In this document: positions 45,174-56,937 of the stretch, in pieces
Layout: each line of letters starts with the position of its first letter
How positions within the stretch are numbered: the stretch's first letter is position 1
Notes under the pieces: generated by a model
What the model saw: only the letters and a program-made list of their open reading frames with translations
The model's database searches: none
Told to the model about the DNA's origin: nothing
Position numbers and translations under genes: made by a program
Source of the DNA: Macrostomum lignano
Lineage: Eukaryota
Direction: 5' to 3'
Assembly: GCA_002269645.1 (NCBI GenBank)
Contig: NIVC01003549.1
Span: 1-61,370, forward strand
Length of the DNA: 61,370 bases

Positions 45174-48100
45174 ATCGCCATAAATATTGAGTTATTTAGT
45201 CAGCCAGTTGTACTCAGACTCATCTTTCAGCTAGCCTGCTGACAATTGTCCGATAGCAATGCTTACGGCAGTGCCAGTCTCCATTCGGCTTACTTAGAAT
45301 CCTAAAAAAGTTTATCCCATCTAGGGAAATCTTTCCATCCAGCTGTCTCCGTGTGTGCGCGCGCGCAGTTTATTTTTCTACAGCTTTCAAATGCCAAGCC
45401 TCTTAGCGGGCTGGGGATTCCGACTTGCATTTTTTGGACTTTTTTATTTGCCGCTCCCCCCCTCCCCCACACCCACTGTCTATCGTGGCTGAAGATCTCG
45501 GCTGCGGCGATTGAAGGCTTGAAACTTTGACCGCTGTTGGCGGATATTTGTTGTCATTATTCCTGTGGCCCGCTGGAATAAATTCTTCAAGCAGTGGGAA
45601 GGGGAGATACTGAGGAGGGGGGAATTCGGGAGAATTCGCTGCGGCCCCGGCCCGGCTCTCTCATTAAAGGTGCGCAGCAAGCCAGGCGGGCCCTGATTGT
45701 TGATTAGGGAGGCCCCGGCTCTGGGGCTTCGGTTGGAATCGCATTATTGGAGCCCAGCCCAGCCCGCTGCCTCTCCGGCCTTCTTAGCCGTTCAATTGGA
45801 TTCATCAGGCCGGCCTGTCCTGATCTCATCGCGTGAGATGATGATGTTGCTTAAGATGCAGCGGGTTTGCAGTCACACTTGAGCTGCGCTATCGAGAGTG
45901 AGTCAGCCAAATCAGCCAAGTCATTCCTTGTTAGTTCCCAATTTGAGTTCAGCAAAACACGCATCAGTCATTCCCGAGCTCAAGCCGTCTTGTAAACAAA
46001 AATAGGAGATTTTCTCGGCTTTTTTTATTGCGTGACGGCATTTTAGGTGAAGTGTTGATGATGATGGGCCGGGATGCTCAGCTTCTCAGTTGGTACGAGT
46101 ATAGGGATCCGCTGCTCATCTCATCAACTTTCCATTCCGGGAGTTGGGGGGGGGGCAAGCGACCGCTCGATGCCGCTGCCCGATCCGCTTGCAATCAATG
46201 AATGCGGGGAGCTGCCGCTTGTCCTCATCGGTAATCGGAGAGCCCAGCCCCGGGTCTGCATATTTCAAGAGATTCCATTCTGTTGCTAAGTGCCCCTCCT
46301 TGCCAGCCTCGCCTCCTGTTACTCGGCTGCTCTCAACGCACACTCTAAAGAAGCTACCTGCGTCTTGGCGCTGGATATATAACTGAGCTGAGATGAACTG
46401 GCCTAGAAGCTCTCGTCTTCTCTCCTAGCTGGCCAATCGATGACCATCGAGGTCCTGATGCTTCTGCCGAGCTGTAGGTGCCGCTTCGGGGATCTGCACT
46501 CGTATAGACCAGATTCCCCGAGCTGGTTCGGTGCTCCGTCAGAGCAGAAGTCTGGCCGCTGCCTGCTGCGCTTTTAATTGAAAGCACCCGACCTTGGCTT
46601 GCTTATCGATCGAGGCTGTTCTCGGAGCCGGGGCTCCTCTGACCGGCTGGGGAGTTCCTCAGCGCTGTTTTGCTACTTTTGATTTATTTTGACTCCTATA
46701 GTGCGCTGGATCGGATTCTGTAATGCCCTGTCACGCTGTCTGTTTACAGGCACAACGGTTGGCTGGTCGCAGAATCGAAGGTGACACAGCAGGCCCCGTC
46801 CCTAATTTATTCATCGGCTCCGCTAGTTGGCTGTTGCTGTGCAGTTTCGCTGCCAGACGAGGAAACGAGGCTTGAAGGAAATGAAGACGAAGCATCGGGG
46901 AGGGGGAGATGAGGAAGGGCAGGCGAGTTCGAGAGGGGAGATTCGCTTCAGCCGATCTAGTTCATCATCTTGTCTTGTATGTCAGGAAATTTTATGAAGG
47001 TTGAAGATGTTTTAGCCATGGGAATTCACTTTCCTGGCTTAGGCCGGGCCCCGCCTCCTCCCTGGCTGTTTTACTCGGCCGGGACCAAACCTCAGGAAGG
47101 AAAGAATTTTTAATCATTTCCAAGTAGCTTCCACTTTCCCTTTTGCCTGGCTTCGCTCCGTGTATATATTGTGTGCGCAGGGCCTCGGGGCCGGGATGGC
47201 GAGGATGGCCCTCCTTCTCTCTTCTCTAACCTCTTTTCTTCACTCGTTTCTCATTCCTGTATGATAGAAGGATGCGGCTGAGACGGGCGGGGGATCCAGG
47301 ATGAGCGGCGGCAATGCAACTTTGCTACGCGTCCTGTTGGACTGGGACGCCGCCTCCCCCCATTTTCTGACTTTTCGCACTACGGCGGGCGCCATTGCCT
47401 TGGCTTATTAGCAAATCCCCTGCCTGTCTGGGCGATCTTGTTTCAGCCAGTAGTTCGCTTCTTTTCCTCTCCCCTTGCTTCGTCACTATCTCTCTCTCTC
47501 TTGAGTCCTCGGCCACCAGCGCCTGGTCACTCGGTCTTATCGCTGCTGCCCATCTCATCCCTATGCTTGCTCGGACTTGGGAGCGCACTGTTGCTTTTAC
47601 TGCCTGCTGCGGCCCGCTTCTTAGCCTCCTTTGCTCCATCTGCCATCCCGGGCTCCTTATTCCCATCAGCTTTCGAGTCATTAACTTGCTAACAGTTGGC
47701 TGTTGTTGAGCTCATTCTCTATACTGCCCTGGTGCTCAGTCACTCTCTTAATCCTAACCCAGTGCTTCTGAGCTGAGTGACCTCTGGCATGTGTCTGTGC
47801 GACTGTTGCAACTGTAATCACTTTTCACTTTATAGAGGCTGCTACAAAGTGGCAATATGCCAAAAATCATTTGCCCTGTTAGCTGCAGCCATCTCGTGTC
47901 CTGCAGCTGCAGCTGGGACTGCTCCGCTCCCCCCACCCACCCCCAGCGGAAACCAATTTCTACCCCGGAAGCTGTCAATCAAGGCCAATGCTGATTGCAG
48001 ATCCGCAGCCGGCTCTGCCCGGACTAACCAGTTTTTTGGGTTTTTTATGAAGTATCAGCCGTGCTATTCAATATTGACATCAAATTTTGGCTGCTATTTC

Positions 48101-49128
48101 GGTCACACAGCCTCGCCCCTGACTACGTAGTGTCTTATAAGTGTCACTGTTTTGTTTAGCGGTAAAAGTGCACAATTGTTTTCCCTAGAGAAGCCCCCCC
48201 CCTATCTGTTCGGCTTCACCGTGTACGTATCCCACGACTGGGCCTGGCCTGCGGCCTGTGGGATTAGCGGCTTGCCCCGATCCCTGCAGATTAACTAATT
48301 GTACCGGACAGACTGGCCGACTGCCTGAAAATCAGTGAAGAAGAATTGGTCCAGAGCCTTGTGAAAAGGAAAATTTCCCGATGGGTTTCTTTCCCCTTCC
48401 CTGCCGCGACAGAATATCCTTGTCACGCGTACAGCCTCTGTTGTTATCCCATTGCTGGCGATCCGCTAGCTCTGAGGATTAGTAAACAGTGGGCTCAAAT
48501 TTCGTAGCATAACTGTTTGTCCCTCGGAGACCAGTGTGTTTACTAGCCGCTGGGTCACCTGTCCGCACCTGGGCTGCGATTTCAACCAGATTTATTTATC
48601 TGCCTGTGCCCTTCGATACTACTCAGTTCGGGACACTGCGCCAGCAGCCGCTTGTTCAACAGTCCGCTATTCTCCCGAGGGTTGGGGGGTATGCTGTGCT
48701 CTTAGACTATTTACATGCTTCGAAGCCCCCTGGATTCCAATGCCTGACCTGTGGCTGGCTGGAGATCAAGTGCCGAATCAGTGGAGCTGCGCAGTTCAGG
48801 CGCGCCTCCTCCGCCTCTATGGCTTTGGAAAGCAAATAAAGCGCTCCTTATGAGCCACTTCCTTCCTCTTCAGACGCCGCCGCCGTCACATGTCCCCATG
48901 CTGCCCTACCCGAAGCTTCCCCGTCCCTCCAGCTTCCTGTCCTTAGTTGATGTCGCCTGCGTTCGTGGGGGGCAAGAAATAATTCTAATGGCTCGGATAT
49001 GGGCTTGGCTTTTTAAGGGGAAATTTTCCCCATTAACGGTAGAGGCGGGCTGAGGGCCAGGTGAAGTTTACCTGATTTGCACCTGACTGACCGGATCCGC
49101 GATGCTCTCCGCCGCCTGCTATTCCAGG

Positions 49129-51396
49129 ATGACCGACTACGATATCGTCAGCGAGGACGGCGCGGACTCCAGCCGGTTCCCCGTGCACTCAGAGGAGGCG
49201 TTCCAGCGGGGCATCCAGTACAAAGCCAAGTTTATCGGCAGCCTGGACGTGCCGCGGCCGCAGAGTCGCGTGGAGATTGTTGCCGCCATGCGGCGAATCC
49301 GCTTCGAGTTCAAGGCTAAGGCTATCAAGAAGCGCAAGGTCACCATATCTATCTCCGTTGACGGGGTCAGCGTCATCTGCCGGCGCGCCCGCAGGCGAGC
49401 CCTGTGGCTGGACTCGACCTCGCAGCTGCTCATGCACCACCCCATCTACAGGATATTCTACGTGTCGCACGACTCGCAGGACCTGAAGATATTCAGCTAC
49501 ATAGCCAGGGACAGCCAGAGGAACGCATTCAAGTGCAGCGTGTTCAAGGCCTACAAGAAGGCTCAGGCCATGCGCATCGTGCGCACCATCGGCCAGGCAT
49601 TCGAGGTCTGCCACCAGCTGTCCCTGGGCTCCAAGGAGGGCCGCAGCGCCGCCGCCTCCAATGCCACCACCAGCCCCGTGCAGTCGCCCGGCGAGTCGGC
49701 ACCAGCCAAGGTCAAATCGGGTCAGGGCGGCTCGGCCGGCACCGCTGAGTCATCTTCGCCGGCCAAGTCTGTCGCCGCTGCCGAAACCCCCGCTGCAGCA
49801 GACAAGAAATCGGCGGCGGACAAGACGACACCGCCTCTCATCAAGGAGGCCGCCGGCTGCGAGGTCAAAAAGCCGCCACTGACGGCGCAATCCTCCGCTG
49901 CGACGCCTCTGCCGCCGCCTCCGTCGCTTCAGCTAAGCTCGTCCACCTCCGAGCCGGTGGGCGTTGGCCGGCCCCGTCACACGGTCGGCACCATCACCTC
50001 GCCGCTGGCGCCGCTGCCACCCAGCTGGGACAGCATCGGTCTGGATGCCGACGGCCTTGGCGGCATGGTGGCATCGGGCAGCGATCCGGAGGGCGGGCCG
50101 CTGTGGCTGCGGCACCGCCAGCAGCTGATCAGGCAGCGGCTGGAGCAGCAGTCGCAGCAGGCCCAGGTGGCCATGGCGCAGGCCCGGCTGCTCAGGGACC
50201 AGCTGGCCGCCGAGGCTGCTGCCAGGGTTGAAGCTCAGGCCAGAGCTCACCAGCTGCTCGTGCAGAATAGGGACCTGCTGGATCATCTCAACCAGCTGGT
50301 GCACCGCCTGCGTTTGCTGGAGCTCCGGTATCATCAGCGGCCTCCAGAGCTGGACGCCAGATTAGCATCTTCATCGTCTGCAGCTTCGACACTGACAAAG
50401 GCACCGTCCGGAGTGTCCGGCCTGCCGGACAAGAGCACCCCGCTCTGTCCGCCAGTTGCACCGCTGGATTTGCCGGAGCTCAAGGCGGCCGAGGACTGCG
50501 GGCTGACGCCGCTGGGCGAGGCGGCTCCAGTTCTGTTCGACAGCCTCCTTATGATCTCCGCGGCCTCCACCGCTGCTGCAGTTGCCGCCGCCGCCTCCGC
50601 ATCTGCAGTTACCACCGCCGCTACCGTCACAGTGGCTGGGGCGCCGGCTTCAGCGGCGTCCCCCGGCGCGCAGAGCGGCTCTCCGGACTCCGGGCACAAG
50701 GAGATGAGCGCCGACAGCCTGTCGCAGGCGCTCACCTTCTTAGACGCTTATCCGGGCGGCCAGGCCTTCCGCCTGTCTCACCATCACCATCAGCAGCACC
50801 ACCAGCACCTGCGGCACCGGCTCAGCCAGCAGCACGGCGGCCAGGACGGCGTTCGCCGATCAACTCAAGTGCCGACTTCGCTGAGCTGCGGCGCTGCTGG
50901 GGTAGTCGGAGCCGTCCCCAACGGCGGCGCCCCGGTTCACGGGGCTGCCAATGGCAGTTGCGACAGCGGCGGCGGCCAGTCGGTTGCCAAGGAGACGCCG
51001 GTGTCGCTGCCGTCCGGCCAGGGCTTCGCGCCCTCCCTGTCTTGGCCGGTGTCGTTCGCCGACTCGCCGAAACTGGCGCCAAAATGCAGCGTAGTCGCCG
51101 CGGTGTCAGCAGCAGCCTCGTCTGCTTTCCGCCCATCAACAGCTTCGTCGACGTCGGCGTCGGCCTCCTCGTCGTCCTACGCTCTGTCGGCCGTCAGAGT
51201 CAAGCCGGCGGCGTCAGGCGGAGACAGCCAGCAGCAGCCGCTGAAGCCGCCGCAGGCAGCTGTGGAGCACGCCAAGTCCAAGTCGCTCTGCTCCGCCCCG
51301 TCCTCGCTGTCGCCAGCGCATCTCAACTACTCGTTCGAGTGGCACGGCGAAGTGGCTCTGGCCGCCATGGACGAGGGTCTGGACGAGGACTGCTGA
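49129..51396 (+). CDS. NOS1AP: NOS1AP/CAPON (PTB domain plus coiled coil), uninterrupted CDS of about 755 aa
   Basis: GSLDVPRPQSRVEIVAAMRRIRFEFKAK, PIYRIFYVSHDSQDLKIFSYIARD and QAMRIVRTIGQAFEVCH are near-identical to human CAPON. The coiled coil QAQVAMAQARLLRDQLAAEAAARVEAQAR is conserved. The upstream in-frame ATG at 49102 lies before the acceptor at 49126-49127. Confidence 0.95.
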   Translation: MTDYDIVSEDGADSSRFPVHSEEAFQRGIQYKAKFIGSLDVPRPQSRVEIVAAMRRIRFEFKAKAIKKRKVTISISVDGVSVICRRARRRALWLDSTSQLLMHHPIYRIFYVSHDSQDLKIFSYIARDSQRNAFKCSVFKAYKKAQAMRIVRTIGQAFEVCHQLSLGSKEGRSAAASNATTSPVQSPGESAPAKVKSGQGGSAGTAESSSPAKSVAAAETPAAADKKSAADKTTPPLIKEAAGCEVKKPPLTAQSSAATPLPPPPSLQLSSSTSEPVGVGRPRHTVGTITSPLAPLPPSWDSIGLDADGLGGMVASGSDPEGGPLWLRHRQQLIRQRLEQQSQQAQVAMAQARLLRDQLAAEAAARVEAQARAHQLLVQNRDLLDHLNQLVHRLRLLELRYHQRPPELDARLASSSSAASTLTKAPSGVSGLPDKSTPLCPPVAPLDLPELKAAEDCGLTPLGEAAPVLFDSLLMISAASTAAAVAAAASASAVTTAATVTVAGAPASAASPGAQSGSPDSGHKEMSADSLSQALTFLDAYPGGQAFRLSHHHHQQHHQHLRHRLSQQHGGQDGVRRSTQVPTSLSCGAAGVVGAVPNGGAPVHGAANGSCDSGGGQSVAKETPVSLPSGQGFAPSLSWPVSFADSPKLAPKCSVVAAVSAAASSAFRPSTASSTSASASSSSYALSAVRVKPAASGGDSQQQPLKPPQAAVEHAKSKSLCSAPSSLSPAHLNYSFEWHGEVALAAMDEGLDEDC

Positions 51397-52104
51397 GCCG
51401 GAATAGAATCGGCTGGGGCTGTCACGTGACTTGGGATTTGCGCAACTTTCTACCTCTGAGCATGCTGTTAGAGTAATCGCATATTAACACATTTATACTC
51501 ATCGGACCCACTCTATACCTTAAAGATCCCACCTGCTACTTGCGGACCATCGCTGCTGCTCTGAAAAATGCTCTGTCACCGACTGCTGACTTCTGCCTGA
51601 CCCCTTGTGTGATTTCTTGCATAACTGTGCGCAATGTACAATGCTTATAGTTAGATTGTAATTTAATTTTGCATATTGTATGAATTGAGTGGCGTCCCAT
51701 TATTTTTTATCCCTCATTAATAGCATTATAAAACCGTTGGTTTCCCCGCTCTGTTACGCCGGACTCGCCGGCGGCGCGTGGTAATTCATTCGCACCTTTT
51801 CCCTAATCCGATAGATCGATTGTATTATAGTCTCAGGCCTGCCGGCATAGGGACACTTATTATTATCTTTCCGGATAATCTCTGTCGTTAGGAGTTCTCC
51901 GATAATCTAATTGTTGTCAAGCAAGAAACTCTTTAGAAGAAGCTTCCCAGTGTAAAACCCAATTTACTTTGCTGCTGCAACTGCTGTATTCATTTAATTC
52001 GTGTTTTCATCTGCCTCGTTGCACCAATCTCGCCTCCTTCGTACATCGGGCTAATTTTGATGTAGACGGATTGCAGAACGATGGGATTATGGTATATAAT
52101 CTGC

Positions 52105-53405
52105 TACAGAAAATCTCCCCTTAAGCCACAGAAAATCTCCCCTTAAACCACAGAGAATCTCCCATTAAGCCACAGAGAATCTCCCCTTAAACCACAGAGA
52201 ATCTCCCATTAAGCCTCAGAGAATCTCCCCTTAAACCACAGAGAATCTCCCATTAAGCCTCAGAGAATCTCCCCTTAAACCACAGAGAATCTCCCATTAA
52301 GCCACAGAGAATCTCCCCTTAAGCCTAAGCCACAGAGAATCGCCCCCTTAAGCTACAGAGAATCTCCCAGTAAGCCACGGAGAATCTCCCATTAAATCAC
52401 AGAGAATCTCCCATTAAGCCTCAGAGAATCTCCCATTAAGCCACAGATAATCTCCCATTAAGCCTCAGAGAATCTCCCATTAAGCCACAGAGAATCTCCC
52501 ATTAAGCCACAGAGAATCTCCCATTAAGCCACAGAGAATCTCCCATTAAGCCACAGAGAATCTCCCCTTAAGCCTGAGCCACAGAGAATCGCCCCCTTAA
52601 GCTACAGAGAATCTCCCATTAAGCCACAGAGAATCGCCCCTTAAGCCACAGAGAATCTCCCCTTAAGCCACAGAGAATCGCCCCCTTAAGCTACAGAGAA
52701 TCTCCCATTAAGCCACAGAGAATCGCCCCTTAAGCCACAGAGAATCTCCCCTTAAGCCACAGAGAATCGCCCCATTAGGCAACAGAGAATCTCCCATTAA
52801 GCCTCAGAGAATCTCCCCTTAAGCCACAGAGAATCTCCCCTTAAGCCTAAGCCACAGAGAATCGCCCCCTTAAGCTACAGAGAATCTCCCAGTAAGCCAC
52901 GGAGAATCTCCCATTAAATCACAGAGAATCTCCCATTAAGCCTCAGAGAATCTCCCATTAAGCCACAGAGAATCTCCCCTTAAGCCACAGAGAATCTCCC
53001 CTTAAGCCACAGAGAATCTCCCATTAAGCCACAGAGAATCTCCCCTTAAGCCACAGAGAATCTCCCCTTAAGCCTGAGCCACAGAAATCGCCCCCTTAAG
53101 CTACAGAGAATCTCCCATTAAGCCACAGAGAATCTCCCATTAAGCCACAGAGAATCTCCCCTTAAGCCACAGAGAATCTCCCCTTAAGCCACAGAGAATC
53201 TCCCATTAAGCCACAGAGAATCTCCCCTTAAGCCTGAGCCACAGAGAATCGCCCCTTAAGCTACAGAGAATCTCCCATTAAGCCACAGAGAATCGCCCCA
53301 TTAGGCAACAGAGAATCCCCATTAAGCCACAGAGAATCGCCCCTTAAGCCACAGAGAATCTCCCAGTAAGCCACGGAGAATCTCCCAGTAAGCCACGGAG
53401 AATCT
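52105..53405. repeat. 22-bp minisatellite (CACAGAGAATCTCCCATTAAGC)n
   Basis: About 58 units. Confidence 0.96.
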
Positions 53406-55499
53406 ATTATAGGCTAAACAGACAGTTCAATTATCTTTCGCAAAGAAGACTCACAGGCCACCCCTTCCACTGTACATACATTGCTCATGTACATGCCCTC
53501 TGCTCTCATTGAGTGTGCAGATGTCCATTTTATATTTTCTAGCTACCAGTTTGTTGTGCATCGGTAATTTACACAGACTAACCCTGGCTTCCCTGAGCCC
53601 CTTTGTTGCAAGTTGCTTATTGTGTAAACTGCTGTCAGGTGAGGGAGATTGTGCTTCTCTGGCCGGTTGTCGCAGAGCCCCGCAGTTTATCGTGTCGGGA
53701 CGCGATAATAAATGAAGCAGCTGTACTGAGCACACGAGCAGGCCGCACTGGGCCTAAACCCAGGCCCCTATTGCTCATGCTCTTATTGTTTGAAGTGTTT
53801 TCTCTCACCTTGCTTCTTTTTTCACACCGACTTTATAGCTGTGTAAAGTTAAGCCTGCTGTATGGGCTGCTGTGAGCTGAGCTTGGCGAGAATTTGAGCC
53901 TCTAACCTCTTCATCAGTTGAGTATTATAGACTGTCCATTGCCGCTGTCCAACACTCCAACACTGTGATCAAACACTGCATCCTATCTCTGTGTGAGCGT
54001 GATGAGTTTTCTAAACTGGCCTGAGCTGTTTAATCTTTCATCCTCATTAGTTATGCCCTCGCCTGCCTACCCCCGGGGTCATTTTATTTAGTTTAGCGCT
54101 GCTGATCATGCCACAGGGTTGCCGGCTCTGGCATGGGTGGCCCGCTACCAAACTTAATGTATGCTAATTAAGTTGCTTGAGTCTTCGTCATATTGATTAA
54201 TCCTCTCTATCCCCTATCCGTTTGTATCGGTTCCCCGTCCGCCCGGCATGAATTCATCCCACCGCCATGGGGACTTTTGTCTTTGGCAATTCCGCTGCTT
54301 CTTTTCCTACTAAAGGGAAGAGATTAGAGATAGGGGAGAATTCTCCCCGCTGTCTTTCTGTGTGCCAGTCAGTCAACCAGCGGGGGGGGGCTGTCGGGGT
54401 TCCCGTGCTGCTATGGGGATTCCGCCTGCTGAGCAGAGGGGGTGGGCGAACGCAGCCTCTTAATCCCCTCAGAGCGCCCACTCAATCGCCCTTTCCCTGC
54501 CTCCCACTTTGCCTTCTCCACCTCTTCTTTTCTCTTTCACTCTCACTCAGCTTGTCCCAGTTGAGAGGCTCAAGCGGGCTGGGGAGTAAAATCCCCCCCC
54601 CCCAATTGCTGATTAACCGCCAGTCAGTCGGGAAGCTGGGACGCGCGGCTTCATCGCTTTGCTACTGCTGCCTCTTCTCTCGACCTGGGCGCCTGCCTAT
54701 TCGAATGGCAAAGTCTCTCTCAGCTGGAAAAGTTTAGCGCACCCCTGCCTGCCTATCCCATTTTCTCCCCCGGTCTCATTTCGTCAGCTCCGGGGGCCGC
54801 CGCCTCTCCGGTCTTTCCTCCATCGCAAAGTGTAAAATTAGTTGAGCAACCGCCGCTGCCCGGGCGCCCTCATGCGCCGCGTAATTCGATAAAATGAAGG
54901 AAAAAGTGGCGGCCCGGACAGGAGGGCGGAGTGGACACCGCTGGGGGGGAGAGTCTTCTGGGAGCCCCGGTAGTCATGAAAATGATGGCGAGCGGGCCAG
55001 AGAGGAGCGCCGGAATATCTAATCGGGAAAAATTGAGGCCCGGGCCTCCCCTGCGGCGCCGCCTCGCCGACTTCGTCTGCTGGTCGGAGATGCCCGGGAG
55101 CCAGCGGGGGGGGGGGGCGGCGCCGGTCGCAAATCGCATTTCGCTGCGTCTTCGAAGTGAATTTTTGTGCGAGCCGCCGCTCTTCTGCGTCCCACTTTCC
55201 ATTAACTGCCCATTATCAGCATGGGGCAAGACAAGATATGATGCGAAAGTTTTTCCTACTGCAGCCCTAACCTGGACTCTTGCCCCAAGGCGGAGGACTC
55301 TTGTATGTCTGAATACTTAGGAAATTTAACACCGCACCATGATGCACTCTCTTTTAGTGATCTTTACAATTTCCTCTGTAACAGTTTTTCCTACAGAGTC
55401 TTTTATTGTAGAAAATTCCCTCTGAAAATCCCCGCTGCAGTCTTTATGCTAGGATGTGATTCCCCCAGACAGTTCCCCCGGTATTTATGCCAGGTGAAA

Positions 55500-55960
55500 A
55501 TTATCCCTGACACCCGTCTTTTTGCCAGCAGAGAATTCCCCCCTGACACCCGTCTTTTTGCCAGCATAGAATTCTCCCTGACACCGTCTTTTTTGCCAGC
55601 ATAGAATTCCCCCCTGACACCCGTCTTTTTGCCAGCATAGAATTCCCCCCCTGACACCCCGTCTTTTTGCCAGCAGAGAATTCCCCCCTGACACCCGTCT
55701 TTTTGCCAGCATAGAATTCCCCCCCCTGACACCCCGTCTTTTTGCCAGCATAGAATTCCCCCTGACACCGTCTTTTTGCCAGCATAGAATTCCCCCCCCT
55801 GACACCCCGTCTTTTTGCCAGCATAGAATTCCCCCCTGACACCCGTCTTTTGCCAGCAGAAAATTCCCCCCTGACACCGTCTTGTTTCCAGCAGAAAATT
55901 CCCCCTGACACCCGTCTTTTTTGCCAGCAGAAAATTCCCCCTGGCAACGCCCCGGTCCTT
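55500..55960. repeat. 35-38-bp minisatellite (CCCCTGACACCCGTCTTTTTGCCAGCATAGAATTC)n
   Basis: About 12 units with variable homopolymer lengths. Confidence 0.93.
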
Positions 55961-56937
55961 TTGTCAAGAGAATATTCCCATGGGCCATGGCAATACCCCA
56001 GTCTTTACTGTAGCACAGGATTCCCCCTGACACATCTGTATGGCATTGATAGGATTCCCTATTTGGCAATAGCCCGTGTTTATGTCCAGGGGGAAGATTC
56101 CCTCTGATAATTCTCCTCCTGTTTCTATTCCCACCAGGCAATTCTGCCTGACACTTGCAATACCGTGGCGGACCTTCAGCCAAAAGCATAATTTTATATT
56201 TTTAACTAGGCCTAGTTGAAAGTAGGCAGAGAATTATCGTCACGGGGTTCGACTCCTCTCAGTGGTTCAACTGTGAATTAATCTTCTTATTAGGCAGAGC
56301 AAAGCGAAGCGCCTTTCCAAGTAAGCATAGACCCGGCTGCTCATTAAGATTTCTGTCTAGATTAAGCCAAAGCTTCGCTATAAAAACTTGACGCCATGCC
56401 ATGCTAATCCCTGTTCCGATGGCATTAAAAGACCGCCTGAGAGGCAGGCTCTCATACGAGCGTATTATAACTAAGTTCTAAATTCCCCTGTGGCGCATTA
56501 GCGATAAGCCTGCTGTGTCGGGCCGGCCCCAGTAGCCAAAAATCCTCGCTCAAATTTCGCGTTTCCTGCTGGCTGTTTTTCTTAAATAATAAACTGCCAG
56601 TTATGAAATGAATTCTGCTATGGCTGGGCGGGGGATCTGCGCGATCGTAATTGCTCATCCCGCTTCAGCCGGGTGACGGGCGGAGGGTGGGGAGGAGACG
56701 GCAGAGTTTAATTTAAGATCGCTTTTTGAGGAATTTTATTTTTTATGCGTGATTGGAGACCGGTCTTGAGTCTGGAGAGGGCGGCCGAGGCCAATTAGGT
56801 AAATAAGGAAGGCTTTTTGTTGTGTCCCGCTGTGCATCCGGCCTCTTCTGAAGTGCTTCAGAAGCATGGCAGCTTCTCGAATCTGGTTTAGGCGCGGCTT
56901 ATTAAAAGATTATTGTATTCTGCATGTATTCAGCCAT

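Noticed and set aside
44600-49050. Assorted 60-120 aa ORFs, including a hydrophobic one at 47395-47709
   Set aside because: No domain signatures or coding-type codon bias; probably NOS1AP 5' intron or regulatory DNA. The same applies to 53450-56660.
56210-56260. tRNA or SINE (GGTTCGACTCC B-box; a similar GGTTCGATTC near 33656)
   Set aside because: No cloverleaf or correctly spaced A-box.
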